Below are positions 13,474 through 24,666 of a stretch of DNA of 64,000 nt, piece by piece. The notes beneath the pieces were generated by a model that ran no database searches, had not been told where the DNA came from, and saw only the letters and a list, made by a program, of their open reading frames with translations. Made by a program: the position numbers and the translations under genes. Within the stretch, counting starts at the first letter, position 1, and every line of letters starts with the position of its first letter. The stretch is from Spirogloea muscicola (Eukaryota), in NCBI GenBank assembly GCA_009602725.1, contig WELB01000026.1:159990-223989 (forward strand), in the 5' to 3' direction.

Positions 13474-14546
13474 GCCCCTTGTCAGCCCAGCACGGCCGGA
13501 GTGGCGAGCTTCCGCCGGGCAGGATGCGCCTCTCCCGCTTACGCTGTCGGGCGCCGGGGTTTTGGGGGCCTAGCGGGGGCTAGCGGGAGCCAAGCGGGGG
13601 ATGCGGCGGACGCCCTGGGTTTACGCAAGCTCTGCCGAGAACAAATCTCATCCACAACGAGAGAGACGCTTCCACGAGAGGGCGGTGGCTGGTAGAAGAA
13701 GAAGTGCGCGCCCTTAGAGAAGAGGGGCTGGCAAAGCCAGCCCAAAGAGAGAAAGGCGCGCGGGGCGCATGAAATGAAAAGGGAGGCCAATTCAAGCCAA
13801 TACACAGTTCAAGCAGAGGCGAAAAAAGAATGGACAATGTCCAAAGCCAAAGAAAGAAAGAGGAGCCGGGAAAGAGAACAACAAGCACTAAAAAGAAACG
13901 AAGCAGCTACGAAAGCAAGCGCGGCCAGATTAACTGGTGGCTGGGAGAGGCCAGCCCAAAAGAATGGACAAGGTCTGAAGGAGTGCTTCGAAGCACTCAG
14001 TAACCCCTGCTAAGCAGCCTCAGGTCAGAGAGACTGGGTTCCTGGAAGCGGGTCCCCTGGCCAGAGCCAGAGGCTCCCCCAATGGGGGCAAGGGCTGTCA
14101 GAAGCCAGCCCGAAAAGTATTGACAAGGTTCGAAAGGGCCAAACTACGAGCTAAGCAGCGACTACGGGGCCTGAAGAGGCTATGGCAGAACGGGGGAGGA
14201 TGGACCACTCAGTAGTTACGAGTGAGGAGCTGGTAGAGGCCAGCCCAGATGAAAGAATGACAAAAAGGACTCTTCCAGAAGTGGGCGATGGCAGTGATGG
14301 ACCAGCCCAGAGAAGAATGCGAATCCAGAGAATGCGCGCGGTTGCGCATGAAATGAAAGCGAGCCCAAATCAAGCCAATATACTGTCCGGAATATAAGCT
14401 CATCCCAAGGGGCCAGCCCGGAAAGGAGGATTAGAAAGAAGGTCGCTTTCGGCTATTCGCGGCTGCTGATGTAATAAGGGGCGGCTGTGTGAAACAAGAA
14501 AGCAAGCTCTTTCCCGAATAAATAAGCTCTTGCGGAGGGGGCGAGG

Positions 14547-15265
14547 GCAGCCTGCCTCTGCGCGCTCCCCCTGTACGATGCCCTCAGGATGCCGGATGAA
14601 CTCTTTTGTACGGCCACCCATCGCCTGTTGGGTCTCCCCCCGCCCTGTCTGCTTGGCGTGCTGCAGTGTGAGTGAGTGTGGGGAGCGGTCGACGGACCCG
14701 GCGGAGCTGGCGGCGCATATCCTTGGAGGCGAACGTACAGCTGCTCACGACCTCCTCCAAGACGCAATGTTCGGCATCTTCCAGGAGGCTCGATACACGG
14801 TTGCGATGGAGAATACGTCTGTCATGCCAATCCTCCAGAGGGCCGACGGACCCTCACGCGCCGCGTCGACCTGGTGGCGCCCACGCCGGGCGGCGGTGTG
14901 CGCATCATTGCTGATGTGGTCACCACTGATGTGGTCGACCGCTCCAACCCGGGGCTCTCTGCCTCGCGGGCTGGCCACGCTGCGGCGAAGGCCGCTCGAG
15001 CTCGCAGCAAGGCGGCCAAACACGCCGACCACCCGGCTGCAGATGAGTTCGTACCCCTGGCTGTGGACGTGCACGGGGCTCTCGGGTCCCCGTGGCTCGA
15101 CCTGCTGGCCAGGCTTGCGCGGCGCGCTGTGTCCCGCAGGCGCGGTGAGCCGGCTGACTTCAACGCCGCTGGCTAGTGGGCTCAGGTATATTGCATGCGA
15201 TTGTCAGTCTCCCTTCAGCGGTCCATGGCCCACGCCTTGCATCTGCGTGCTGGCCGTGCTCTCGC
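14547..15265 (+). mobile_element. Truncated family F CRE-like copy (RLE region), inverted relative to the adjacent long copy
   Basis: Highly similar to the reverse complement of about 15310-16030; small indels. Confidence 0.85.
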
Positions 15266-15267
15266 TG

Positions 15268-18200
15268 ACTAGCTGCCGGAAAACTATGCCCCTGACAAAA
15301 GCCGGAGGCCGCAGCGAGAGCACGGCCAGCACGCAGATGCAAGGCGTGGGCCATGGACCGCTGAAGGGAGACGGACAATCGCATACGATATACCTGAGCC
15401 CACTAGCCAGCGGCGTGGAAGTCAGCCGGCTCACTGCGCCTGCGGGACACAGCGCGCCGCGCAAGCCTGGCCAGCAGGTCGAGCCACTGGGACCCGAGAG
15501 CCCCGTGCGCGTCCACTGCCAGGGGTGCGAACTCATCTGCAGCCGGGTGGTCGGCGTGTTTGGCCGCCTTGCTGCGAGCGGCCTTTGGCGCAGCGTGGCC
15601 AGCCCGCGAGGCAGAGAGCCCCGGGTTGGAGCGGTCGACCACATCAGTGGTGACCACATCAGCAAAGATGCGCGCACCGCCGCCTGGCGTGGACGCCACC
15701 AGGTCGACGCGGCGCGTGTGGAGTCCGTCGGCCCTCTGGAGGATTGGCATGACAGATGTATTCTCCATCGCAACTGTATATCCGACCTCCTGGAAGATGC
15801 CGAACATAGCGTCTCGGTGGAGGTCGTGAGCAGCTGTACGTTCGCCTCCAGTGGCGCAGCGGAGGATATGTGCCGCCAGCTCCGCCGGGTCCGTCGACAA
15901 CTCCACACACTCACACTGCAGCACGCCAAGCAGACAGGGCGGGGTGAGACCCAACAGGCTATGGGTGGCCGTACGGAAGCGTTCATCTGGCATCCTGAGG
16001 GCGTCGTACAGGGGGAGCGCGCAGAGCCAGGCTGCCGCGCCAGGGGAGGCGGCCGACAGCAGCCGAGCATGGCCTCGCACATCTGTGGGAGGGAGGAGCT
16101 GCAGCGTGGCCATAAAGGACGCCTTGTCGACTGCCGCAATGTACCGCGCCTGCGCTTGCGAGTCGGTGGAGTGGGCAAGGTGGGCAAACGGGACCAAGCT
16201 CTCTGCGAGGGCAGGGTGCTCCGCAAATAACTCATCTTGAGCTGAGCGGAGCGCCACCTGAAAAGGCAACGAGCCGCTCGCCTCAGCCTGCTGCAGCATG
16301 GGCCGCCCATCATGGAAAAAGCAATGTGCCACCGACGTGGCGACCTGAGCCCAACTGCTGAGGAACGCTGGCCTGCAGATGCGAGCGAGCGAGCGGCAGC
16401 CGAGGCCGCCATGGCCGGGGGGCAGAGTGGCCTGGTGCGCCGCAGCGGGCGAGTCGAGGAAGCCCGGGTGACGGATGAGGGCCGCCACGCTCTCCATGAC
16501 GCCCGCGTCGAACTTGGTGTGGGCATCCAGCACCTCGGGGCAGGGAGGGGTCTTCTGCGCCAGGTATTGGGGACGCTGCACAATGCATCTGGTGAGCATA
16601 GCAAGCGCCAGCTGCATATCCTGCAGCTCGGGAGGTGGGCCACCGGCTGGAGGTGCTCCAGGAGCCGGTCGCGCAGTTGCCCGTAGACAAAAGACGGCGT
16701 ACCGAATGGGACCCCCAGGATGGTGAGGCCGCCTGGGCGATTCTGGCACCCGGGCGGCAGGGGCAAGGGGGCAGGGAGGCCACGCGGGGACCACGCGATG
16801 CACTTCTCGGGCTGGATGGACATGCCGAGGGCGGCCAGCTGCTGCTGGAAGGTGGCGGTGGCTGCTAACACATCCCCTGAGCTGCCGACCAGTGTGGTGT
16901 CGTCGGCGTAGGACGGCAGGAGGACGCCGGGGTGCGCTGCTGCAGTTGCCTTGAGAGCGCGGTTATGAGCCAGCGCAAAGAAGAACCCTGCCAGAGGATC
17001 CCCCTGGCGTGTGCCCGTCCTCGACTGCAGCGTCTCCACCTCGCCACTCCCTGTCCGCCAGAGAAGGTCGCTGGGCTGGCCGTAGCCAAGGCGGAAGAAG
17101 GGAAGGAGGGAAGGGAAGGCCGCTCGCAGCTCCTCGGCGATGGCGCTGCGCTCTACGCTGTTGAAGGCGTTTTGGACATCGACAGCCAGGACCATCCAGT
17201 CAGGGTGGATCTCCGGAGAATCCGGAGATCCAGGGCCGCACGGATGCCGTGGACGACAGCCTCCCCGCCACTGCATAGCCCAGCGCTGTGGGGCAAGGTG
17301 GGTCTGCGCCTGCCCGAGATGTTGCTGCCACAGCGTGCGGGCCACCACCGGTACAGAACCTCGCCGATGGCGATGGGGCGGACTCCGCCATTGGCCTTGG
17401 CGATGGCGAGGAGGTTGCTGGAGCAGAGCACCGAGCGGGTAGCAGCAGGGACCTTTTCCTGGGCCACGAGCTGACAGACTTGGAGCAGTGCCTGGAAGTC
17501 GGAGGCCTCGCCCTCCAGGAACAGCTCACGGAGGTGCTCCGTGAGCATGCCAGAGGGGCCGCCTGCTGCTGCTCTGCGGCTGCTCTGGAGGACCCGGCGG
17601 GGGGTTGCGGCGTCGAGGGCCACCGCCTCTGGCAACTCGAAGGAAGTCAGCCAGGGGGGGAGGGGGCACGGGCTTCGGGATGGATGGCGTCCAGGGCACG
17701 TCTGGTTGTCGAGGTCGGTGGAGCCAGCGAAGAGTTCTCAAGTGCTTGCACAGCCCGCCAGAGCTCGCCGGCGTGTCCAAAGCCAAGAGCACGCCGGATG
17801 GCCGCTGCTCTGTCGGACGACGACTCCCCACGCCAGGCGTGGCGACTGGCGGCGGCTGCTGCCACTGCGGCGTCATGTTGCGCCAGGAGCTCCTCCCATC
17901 GCCCATTCTCGAAGAGGTGGATGCGTTCCAGAAGGGGCTGGCGGCCCTGGCTGCGGCCCTCATGCGGCACCCGGCCCAAGAGCAGGCGAGGGAAGAGGAG
18001 GTGGTCCACGCCGCTTGGTCGCGGTGGTCCGCTGCGATGCGGAGCAGGACAGGGCGGAGGGCGCGGCGGATGTGTGGGCGTGCCCAGCGGGGAACGTGGC
18101 GGACGAGGGGGAGCGCCGCCTGCCTGAGAACCGCGGCTAGGTCAAGGTCCACGGCCCACTGCCAGTGGTGGCGGCTCGGTTGTGCTGGGCGGTGGGACAG

Positions 18201-18570
18201 TCCTCCCGGGGCCGCTACGGCGAGCACCGGCTGGTGCTGCTCGTCGCGCCTGTTCCGCGCGACTGTCGCGACGGGCGCAGGCGAGCTCATGCTGGGCCAA
18301 GCTGCGGGGGGTGGGGCAGGGGCCCTGGCAGTGCCGGCACAGCAGAGGGGGAGGCGGGCTGGGCGGAACTGAGGGGGGGGGAGGCGTCGGTTGTAACGGT
18401 GGAGGGGAAGGTGGCGGCTGCGAGAGAGGAGGCGGAGGCGGCGGTAGTGGCGGCGGCGGGGGTGGCGGCGGAGCTGGCGACGATGGCGGCGGCGACGGCG
18501 GCGGTGGCGGCGGCGACGGCTGCGGGGGCGGCGGCGCTGGCGACGCTGTGGGGGTTGAGGAGGAAAGGGG
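15268..18570 (-). mobile_element. Near-full-length CRE-like non-LTR retrotransposon, family F (frameshifted)
   Basis: Pro-rich N-terminus, CRHC-x12-H-x3-C finger, AAGGPSG, VRPIAIGEVLYR, VDVQNAFNSV, GTRQGDPL, SYADD, LGVPFG, GGLG, then CECV..H..C..GGERTAAHD..RRVDL..DVV..KAAKH RLE. Confidence 0.92.
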
Positions 18571-18750
18571 GAAAAGCGCGCGGGGCGCATGAAATGAAAA
18601 GGGAGGCCAATTCAAGCCAATACACAGTTCAAGCAGAGGCGAGTGCAAATTAAACAAGGCTACGTAATACAGAGACCTAAACTAAGGTGCCTAAGGTGAC
18701 ATTAGTTCCCACGGGAGAGCACAAACAAATCGGACAAGCTAACTTGGGGA
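18571..18750 (-). mobile_element. Family H 3' end (SLSDLFVLSRGN* + tail)
   Basis: Reverse strand reads PQVSLSDLFVLSRGN*; its tail TATTGGCTTGAATTGGCCTCCC..CGCGCGC also occurs at about 8970, 13750, 14335, 25530, 49410 and 59920. Confidence 0.75.
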
Positions 18751-18769
18751 GCTGGAGCGCCGCCACGAA

Positions 18770-19415
18770 ACCTACAGTAGATTGACCCTCTCAGAAACCA
18801 CGGGTCAAGACATAAAGGTCGCTAACCGATGCCTGAATACTAGATGGCAGATACGGAGCCCTTCTGCCACCAACTAGAGCTCGCCCAGCTTTCTAGTGCA
18901 AAGCGTTAGCCTGAGCACGCTGCAAACAGGCCGAAACTCGTCGTCGCAACAACGACAGATAAGCAGCTGGCAAGCCCATCTCAGCCGGGAACATATCTGC
19001 ATGTCGTGTGTAGCCTAGATTGGCTATGTTTTGAAGGAGAGTAAGGAAACGAGGACCTAAGCAGCCAAAGATGTCGATTGCCGCTGGCAAGAGCTGATCA
19101 CATCGGGGGTAATCGGAGTAGTGCTGCAACTTTCTTTGTTCAGCACTGCCCACTGCGTGGCCAGCGATGTGTGTCGATGCTGGACCTTTATAGGCCTCCG
19201 TAACCACAATATCGACCAAAGCCCTTGGTCCTCCACCAGGTTGCACGCCCACAATGTCAAGTGTGCGGCCATGATGACGTCCCTGGGCATCCGTGGTGAT
19301 AGGCATGATGTTGTTCACTTCCACGACCGCACGGTACCCGGCGTCGCGCATCAAACCCGCCAGAGCATCACGGAGGAGGTTGTGGATGCCCACCACTTCT
19401 GGTCCAGTGGGGCAT
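18770..19415 (-). mobile_element. Truncated CRE-like element, family D (RLE domain)
   Basis: HNLLRD..RTLDIV..LVDIVV..RKLQHY..LPAAIDIFGCLG..SVSDLYVLTRGF*; related copies at 24168-24666 and 49770-50165. Confidence 0.85.
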
Positions 19416-20342
19416 CGCAGAGGCAAGGGCTGTGAGAAGCCAGCCCGAAAAGAATTGACAAGGTTCGAAGGGGCCAAACTACGAGCTAAGCAGCGACTGT
19501 GGGGCCTGAAGAGGCTATGGCAGAAGGGGGGAGGATGGACCACTCAGTAGCTACGAGTAAGGAGCCTCACATCTGACTGAGTTTCCCTCTGCATCGTTTC
19601 TGTGTTCTGCAGTGTTTTATAGTGTAGTCCTTTCTCCCTCGCTGCTGCCTCTCGCTGCTGCCTCTGGCTCTGGCCAGGGGACCCGCTTCCAGGAACCCAG
19701 TCTCTCTGACCTGAGGCTGCTCAGCAGGGGTTACTGAGTGCTTCGTAGCTGCTTCGTTTCTTTTCTGTGCTTGTTGTTCTTTGTACTTCCCCTGGCCCCT
19801 TTCTCCGGCTCCTCTTTCTTTGGCTTTGGACATTGTCCATTCTTTTTTGGGCTGGCTTTGCCAGCCCCTCTTCTCTATGGGCGCGCACTTCTCTCTTAGC
19901 ATAGGGCTTAATCACATCCGACAGACTAGCCGCTGGAAAACTATCCCCCTGACGAAAGCCGGAGGCCGCAGCGAGAGCACGGCCAGCAAGCAGATGCAAG
20001 GCGTGGGCCATGGACCGCTGGAGGGAGACGGACAAGCGCATACGATACACCTGAGCCCACGAGCCAGCGGCGTTGAAGTCAGCCGGCTCACCACACCTGC
20101 GGGTCACACAGCGCCGTGCAAGCCTGGCCAACAGGTCGAGCCAGTGGGATCCGAGAGCTCCGTGCACGTCCACAGCCAGGGGGACGAACTCATCGGCAGC
20201 CGGGAGAAGGGGCCAGGGGAAGTACGAAAAACAACAAGCACAGAAAAGAAACGAAGCAGCTACGAAGCACTCAGTAACCCCTGCTAAGCAGCCTTAGGTC
20301 AGAGAGGCTGGGTTCCTGGAAGCGGGTCCCTTGGCCAGAGCC

Positions 20343-23300
20343 ACACACTGAGAGCGCGCTCTGCACGTTGATGAAGAGCCAATGCTTGCGAGCGCAGCAA
20401 ACAAGGCGAGAGCCGCATTCTAGAATATGCAATTAAGGCCTGTGGAACGCTGGAGTGGCCCAAGCTGCCCCCCCGACTTTTACGACGCGCATCAACCAGC
20501 CGGGCCAGATGCTGGATCAGGGAGGACCACTTCACGCCGTAGCCGCCGTAGATAACCATGGCACACGGGCAAAGATGGTCCCCTCGGGGATGGTCCTGGT
20601 AGTGCCGCTCCTTCTTGCGCTCCGCGCTGGACGTGGCCCAGCCAGACACGGTTGACGTGGGTGCGCCAGCCTTGTATGCGTCGATCAGTACCACGTCCAG
20701 GAGCAGACGAGGCCCACCGCCCCGGGGGGTGCCGACCACGTCCAGACGCCGCACGTATGGCTTGCCGCGCCTGAAGGAGATTGGCATGATGCCGGACACC
20801 TCCATCGCCGGATGATACCCTGCGTCTCGCAAAATTCCAAACATTGTATCCCTGAGTAAGTCGTGGGAGGCAATGCGCTCACCCCCCTCAGCACACCTCA
20901 GCATGTGCGCAGATAGGGCGAGCTTGTCATCGGCAATGTGGCCACACTCGCACTGGCGGATGCCAGCCAAGCAAGGGGGGGGGAGGCCGAGGTGGTGATG
21001 GAGCGCGGTACGAAACAGGTTGTCTGAGAGCCGAAGGGACTCGTATATCGGCAGAGCATTTAACCACTCCGACGCGCCTGGGGAGCTGATGGAGAGGAGC
21101 CGGGAGTGAGGCCACGTCCATCGTCCTTGAGCAGTCCCTGCAATTCAGAGGCGGCCTGCACGTCCGCAGCGTGAGAGTAAAGGCCCTGCGCTTTCCTGTC
21201 AGAACAGCGTGCCCATGCCGCAAAATCTGCATGACCCTCTGCAAGCGTTGGTAAGCGGCACGAGAGGTCACGTAGTGCTGCGGTTAGAGAAAGCTGGATG
21301 GGCAGGTTCCCTGTTGCAACACCCGCTATGGCGGGTGCTAAAACAGCCTGGCCCCTCAGGATGAAGCGACTGGAGATGGTGGAGGCCACTTGGGCCCAGG
21401 TGAGCTGCTTGGGACAGGCGAGCCAATGGACGGCACCCAAGGCCGCCTTTACTGGTGGGTAGGGTACACTGTAGGATGGCCGCGGGCGTGGCGGATAGGT
21501 CGGGATGGTCCACTAGGCCATGAAGAGCCTGTTGAAGTCTGGAGTCCACGATAGAGTAGATGGCGTTTAGTGCAGTGGTGGGGGGCACAGTCCGCAACAG
21601 GTAAGTGGGACGCTGGGCCACACACCGAGTGAGGATGGCCACCGCAAGCTGCGCGTCCTGTAAGGAGGGGAGGGCGGGAGGGTCTGGAGATGGTTCTCAA
21701 GGGTGGACTCCACAACTTGCTCGACATGCGCAGCAGCCCCCAACGGGGCTCCAAGCACCACCATGCCGAGTGGTGGGGTCTGGCACCCAGCCGGCAGCTT
21801 GATGGAGGGAGGGATGCCGGTTGGAGACCAGGCTGAACACTTCTCTGGCCGGATGTTGAGGCCGAGGGTGTGAGGCGCTCCGACGTGCTGTAAGCGCTGG
21901 TGACTTCAGTTGGGGGCCCCACCAGGGTGGTGTCGTCTGCGTAGCTTGGGATTAGCACGGCAGGGTGGGCCTCCGCCGTATTACGCAGCGCACGTAGGTG
22001 TGCCAAAGCAAAGAGGAACCCGCCCAAAGGGTCTCTCTGCCGGGTGCCTGTGCTGGATTGCAAGACCACCTGTGACGTGCCCGCTCCCAGAGCAGTCGGG
22101 AGGGTGCTCCGTAGGAACACCGGAAGAAAGGGATGAGGGAGGGAAAATGCGTGCGCAGCTCCTCGGCGATGACACCGCTGTCAACACTGTTAAAGGCATT
22201 CTTCACGTCCACAGATAGAGCCATCCAATCGGGATTGCATTTCAGGGCAACACGTAGACCATGAACCACTGTCTCCGCGCCCGCAGACAGCCCTGCGCCA
22301 AACTGGTGTGGAGAGAGAAGTGGAGCTGCGCCGCCTCTCTGTTCTGCTGGAATAGGGTTTTTGAAACCAGTCGGGTAAGGACCTCACCCATCGCAATTGG
22401 TCGGACGCCTCCGGTGGGCTTGGAGAGAGCGAGCAGGGTGCTGCTGGTGAGTGCCGCCCGGGCCTTGGGTGGGAGGAGGCCGCGCGCAACCGCTTGGCAC
22501 ACTTTGTGCAGCAGACTGAAGTCACCCGCCTCGTCGTCGAGCCAGAGCTCTCGAAGGTGTTCAAAAGGCATGCCCGAGGGCCCTCCGGCGGCTGCTTTCG
22601 GGCTCTGCACCAGCGCTGTCTGAAGAGCTGCTGGATTGAGGTCCACCATGGTCGGGGGCTGAAACTCCTCGAGCCAGGGGGGTAGGGAGCTTGGGGCAGG
22701 GTTGTGTAGGGTCTGGAGAGCAGCAAGGGTCTATGCGTCGTGAGGTGCTGGGGTGGCTGGGTCCAGAGCTTGGGCAGCTCGGAAAAGGTCCCCTGCGCGG
22801 CCGAAACGATTGGCTCGGCGGACAGCTGAAGCCTCTGAGGTGGCTGGGGTGGGCCGATTCGCCTGGGACACCTGGACAGCTGCGCGATGCTCCTCCAGGA
22901 GCTGCTCCCATGCACCGCCCTCAAAACGCTGAATCCTGGCTAGCATCACCGCGCGTTGGCTTGGACCACTTGGAAGGGGTCCCAGGACTAGGCGAGGGAG
23001 GAGGTGCCAGACAGTCCACGCAGCTTCGTCAAAGCTGTTCCGAGCCATCCGAGTGAGTAGGGGCCGCGAGGCTCGCTGGATGTGTGGCCGTGCCCAGTGG
23101 GGGATGTGCCGCAAGGTGGGCAGACTGGGTTCCAGCATGACCGCATCTAGGTCCAGGAGCCTTGCCCAACGCCACTGAGCCAGCGAGGGAGCTGGGGGAG
23201 GGGTGTCGGGGCTGGGGTGCCGGGCTGCCGTCGTCGGTTAGCGGCCTCAGCAAGGGCTTGGGTCTGCTGCTCGGCGCGATTGGCCTTCCTGGAACAGTGG

Positions 23301-23897
23301 CTCTCGTGCATGCGAACGCTCCGCAGGCTAGGCCAGGGGTGCTGGCAGTACTGGCAGATTTGGGGGACAGCAGTAGCCGCAGAGCGTGTGGATGCAGCCG
23401 CTGCAGCTGCAGGGATGGCGGGAGTAGGAAGGAGAGGCGGGAGAGCTGAAGCCATCGGGGGCTGGGGCCGACGACCCCTCCTGCGCCTGTTACTGGAACC
23501 ACTTGGGCCTGAAGGAGCCACGTCGGCGGTAGTGGCAGCAGAAGCGGCAACAGCAGCAACAAGGGCAGCGGCAGCGGTAGTCGCCGGAATGGTGGATGCC
23601 GGGATGGTGGACATGGGAGGGGCAGTTGGAGGAGCAGGGGCCGCCTCGCTCGTACTCGGGCCGTCTCCGCCCCGGGAAGTGGCTGCAGTGGCCCCGCCAC
23701 CCTCCCTGCGTGCACTGTTCCTGGCCCGGGGTGGCGACTTGTTGGGGCAAGCCCGCTTTGGACGAGGAGGCGGCAGCCGCACGCTAGAGAATATCATACA
23801 CCCTGCGGCATGAGTGGCAGGGTGCAAGGGCGTGCTCGGCTGCGGTGCGACGGACAGCGGTACTGCTGAGGGAGGCGGGACAGGAGGTGATTGACGG
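20343..23897 (-). mobile_element. Long decayed CRE-like non-LTR retrotransposon, family G
   Basis: CQYC-x12-H-x3-C finger, GVRPIAMGEVLTR, VDVKNAFNSV, GTRQRDPL, SYADD, GGLG, CECG..HMLRCAEGGERIASHD..RRLDVV..RKKERHY; multiple frameshifts. Confidence 0.9.
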
Positions 23898-24167
23898 ANG
23901 GCGAGGCGCCCGGGGCGGCATCGGGCGGGGCGCCCGAGGACGCGCCGGGGCCTGGCGCGGCCATGAGCTCGGCGGCGCGGGCGCGTTAGCCGGCGGTGGC
24001 GTGGGGCAGAGGGGCCGCCGCCGGCGCCGCCGGCGGCGGGAGCGGCGGCGGCCCGGGGGGACTCAAAGGGCGGGGGGGGGGAGCCGTTGGGGGGCGCGAA
24101 AGCACGAGAAGGCAAAGAGGGCGGAGAGGGCGATGGATGAGGAGGGGGGTGATGGAGGCGGTGAAAG

Positions 24168-24666
24168 ATTTCGTGTATTTGAAACAAACGAAGGCCAAAT
24201 GGCCAAGTACAAAGGCAAGCACATCTTAAGACCTACATAACCTACAGTAGATTGACCCGCTCGGAAACCACGGGTCAGAACATAAAGGTCGCTAACCGAT
24301 GCCTGGATACTAGATGGCAGATACGAAGCCCTTCTGCTACCAACTAGAGCTCGCCCAGCTTTCTGGTGCAAAGCATTAGCCTGAGCACGCTGCAAACAGG
24401 CCGAAACTCGTCGTCGCAACAACGACAGATAAGCAGTTGGCAAGCCCATCTCAGCCGGGAACACATCTGCATGTCGTGTGTAGCCTAGATTGGCTAACCA
24501 CAATATCGACCAAAGCCCTTGGTCCTCCACCAGGTTGCACGCCCACAATGTCAAGTGTGCGGCCATGATGACGTCCCTGGGCATCCGTGGTGATAGGCAT
24601 GATGTTGTTCACTTCCACGACCGCACGGTACCCGGCGTCGCGCATCAAACCCGCCAGAGCATCAAA
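24168..24666 (-). mobile_element. Family D truncated copy with an internal deletion and a probable 12-bp TSD
   Basis: Matches 18770-19370 but lacks about 175 bp; flanked by GGAGGCGGTGAA at 24154-24165 and 24667-24678. Confidence 0.8.

Noticed and set aside
13750..13822. H tail as an snRNA, snoRNA or tRNA gene
   Set aside because: No recognisable boxes or cloverleaf; at 18571-18750 and 25528-25757 it follows an element stop codon
14530..16230. 566-aa + strand ORF
   Set aside because: Off-frame and antisense read-through of the inverted retroelement copies in GC-rich DNA
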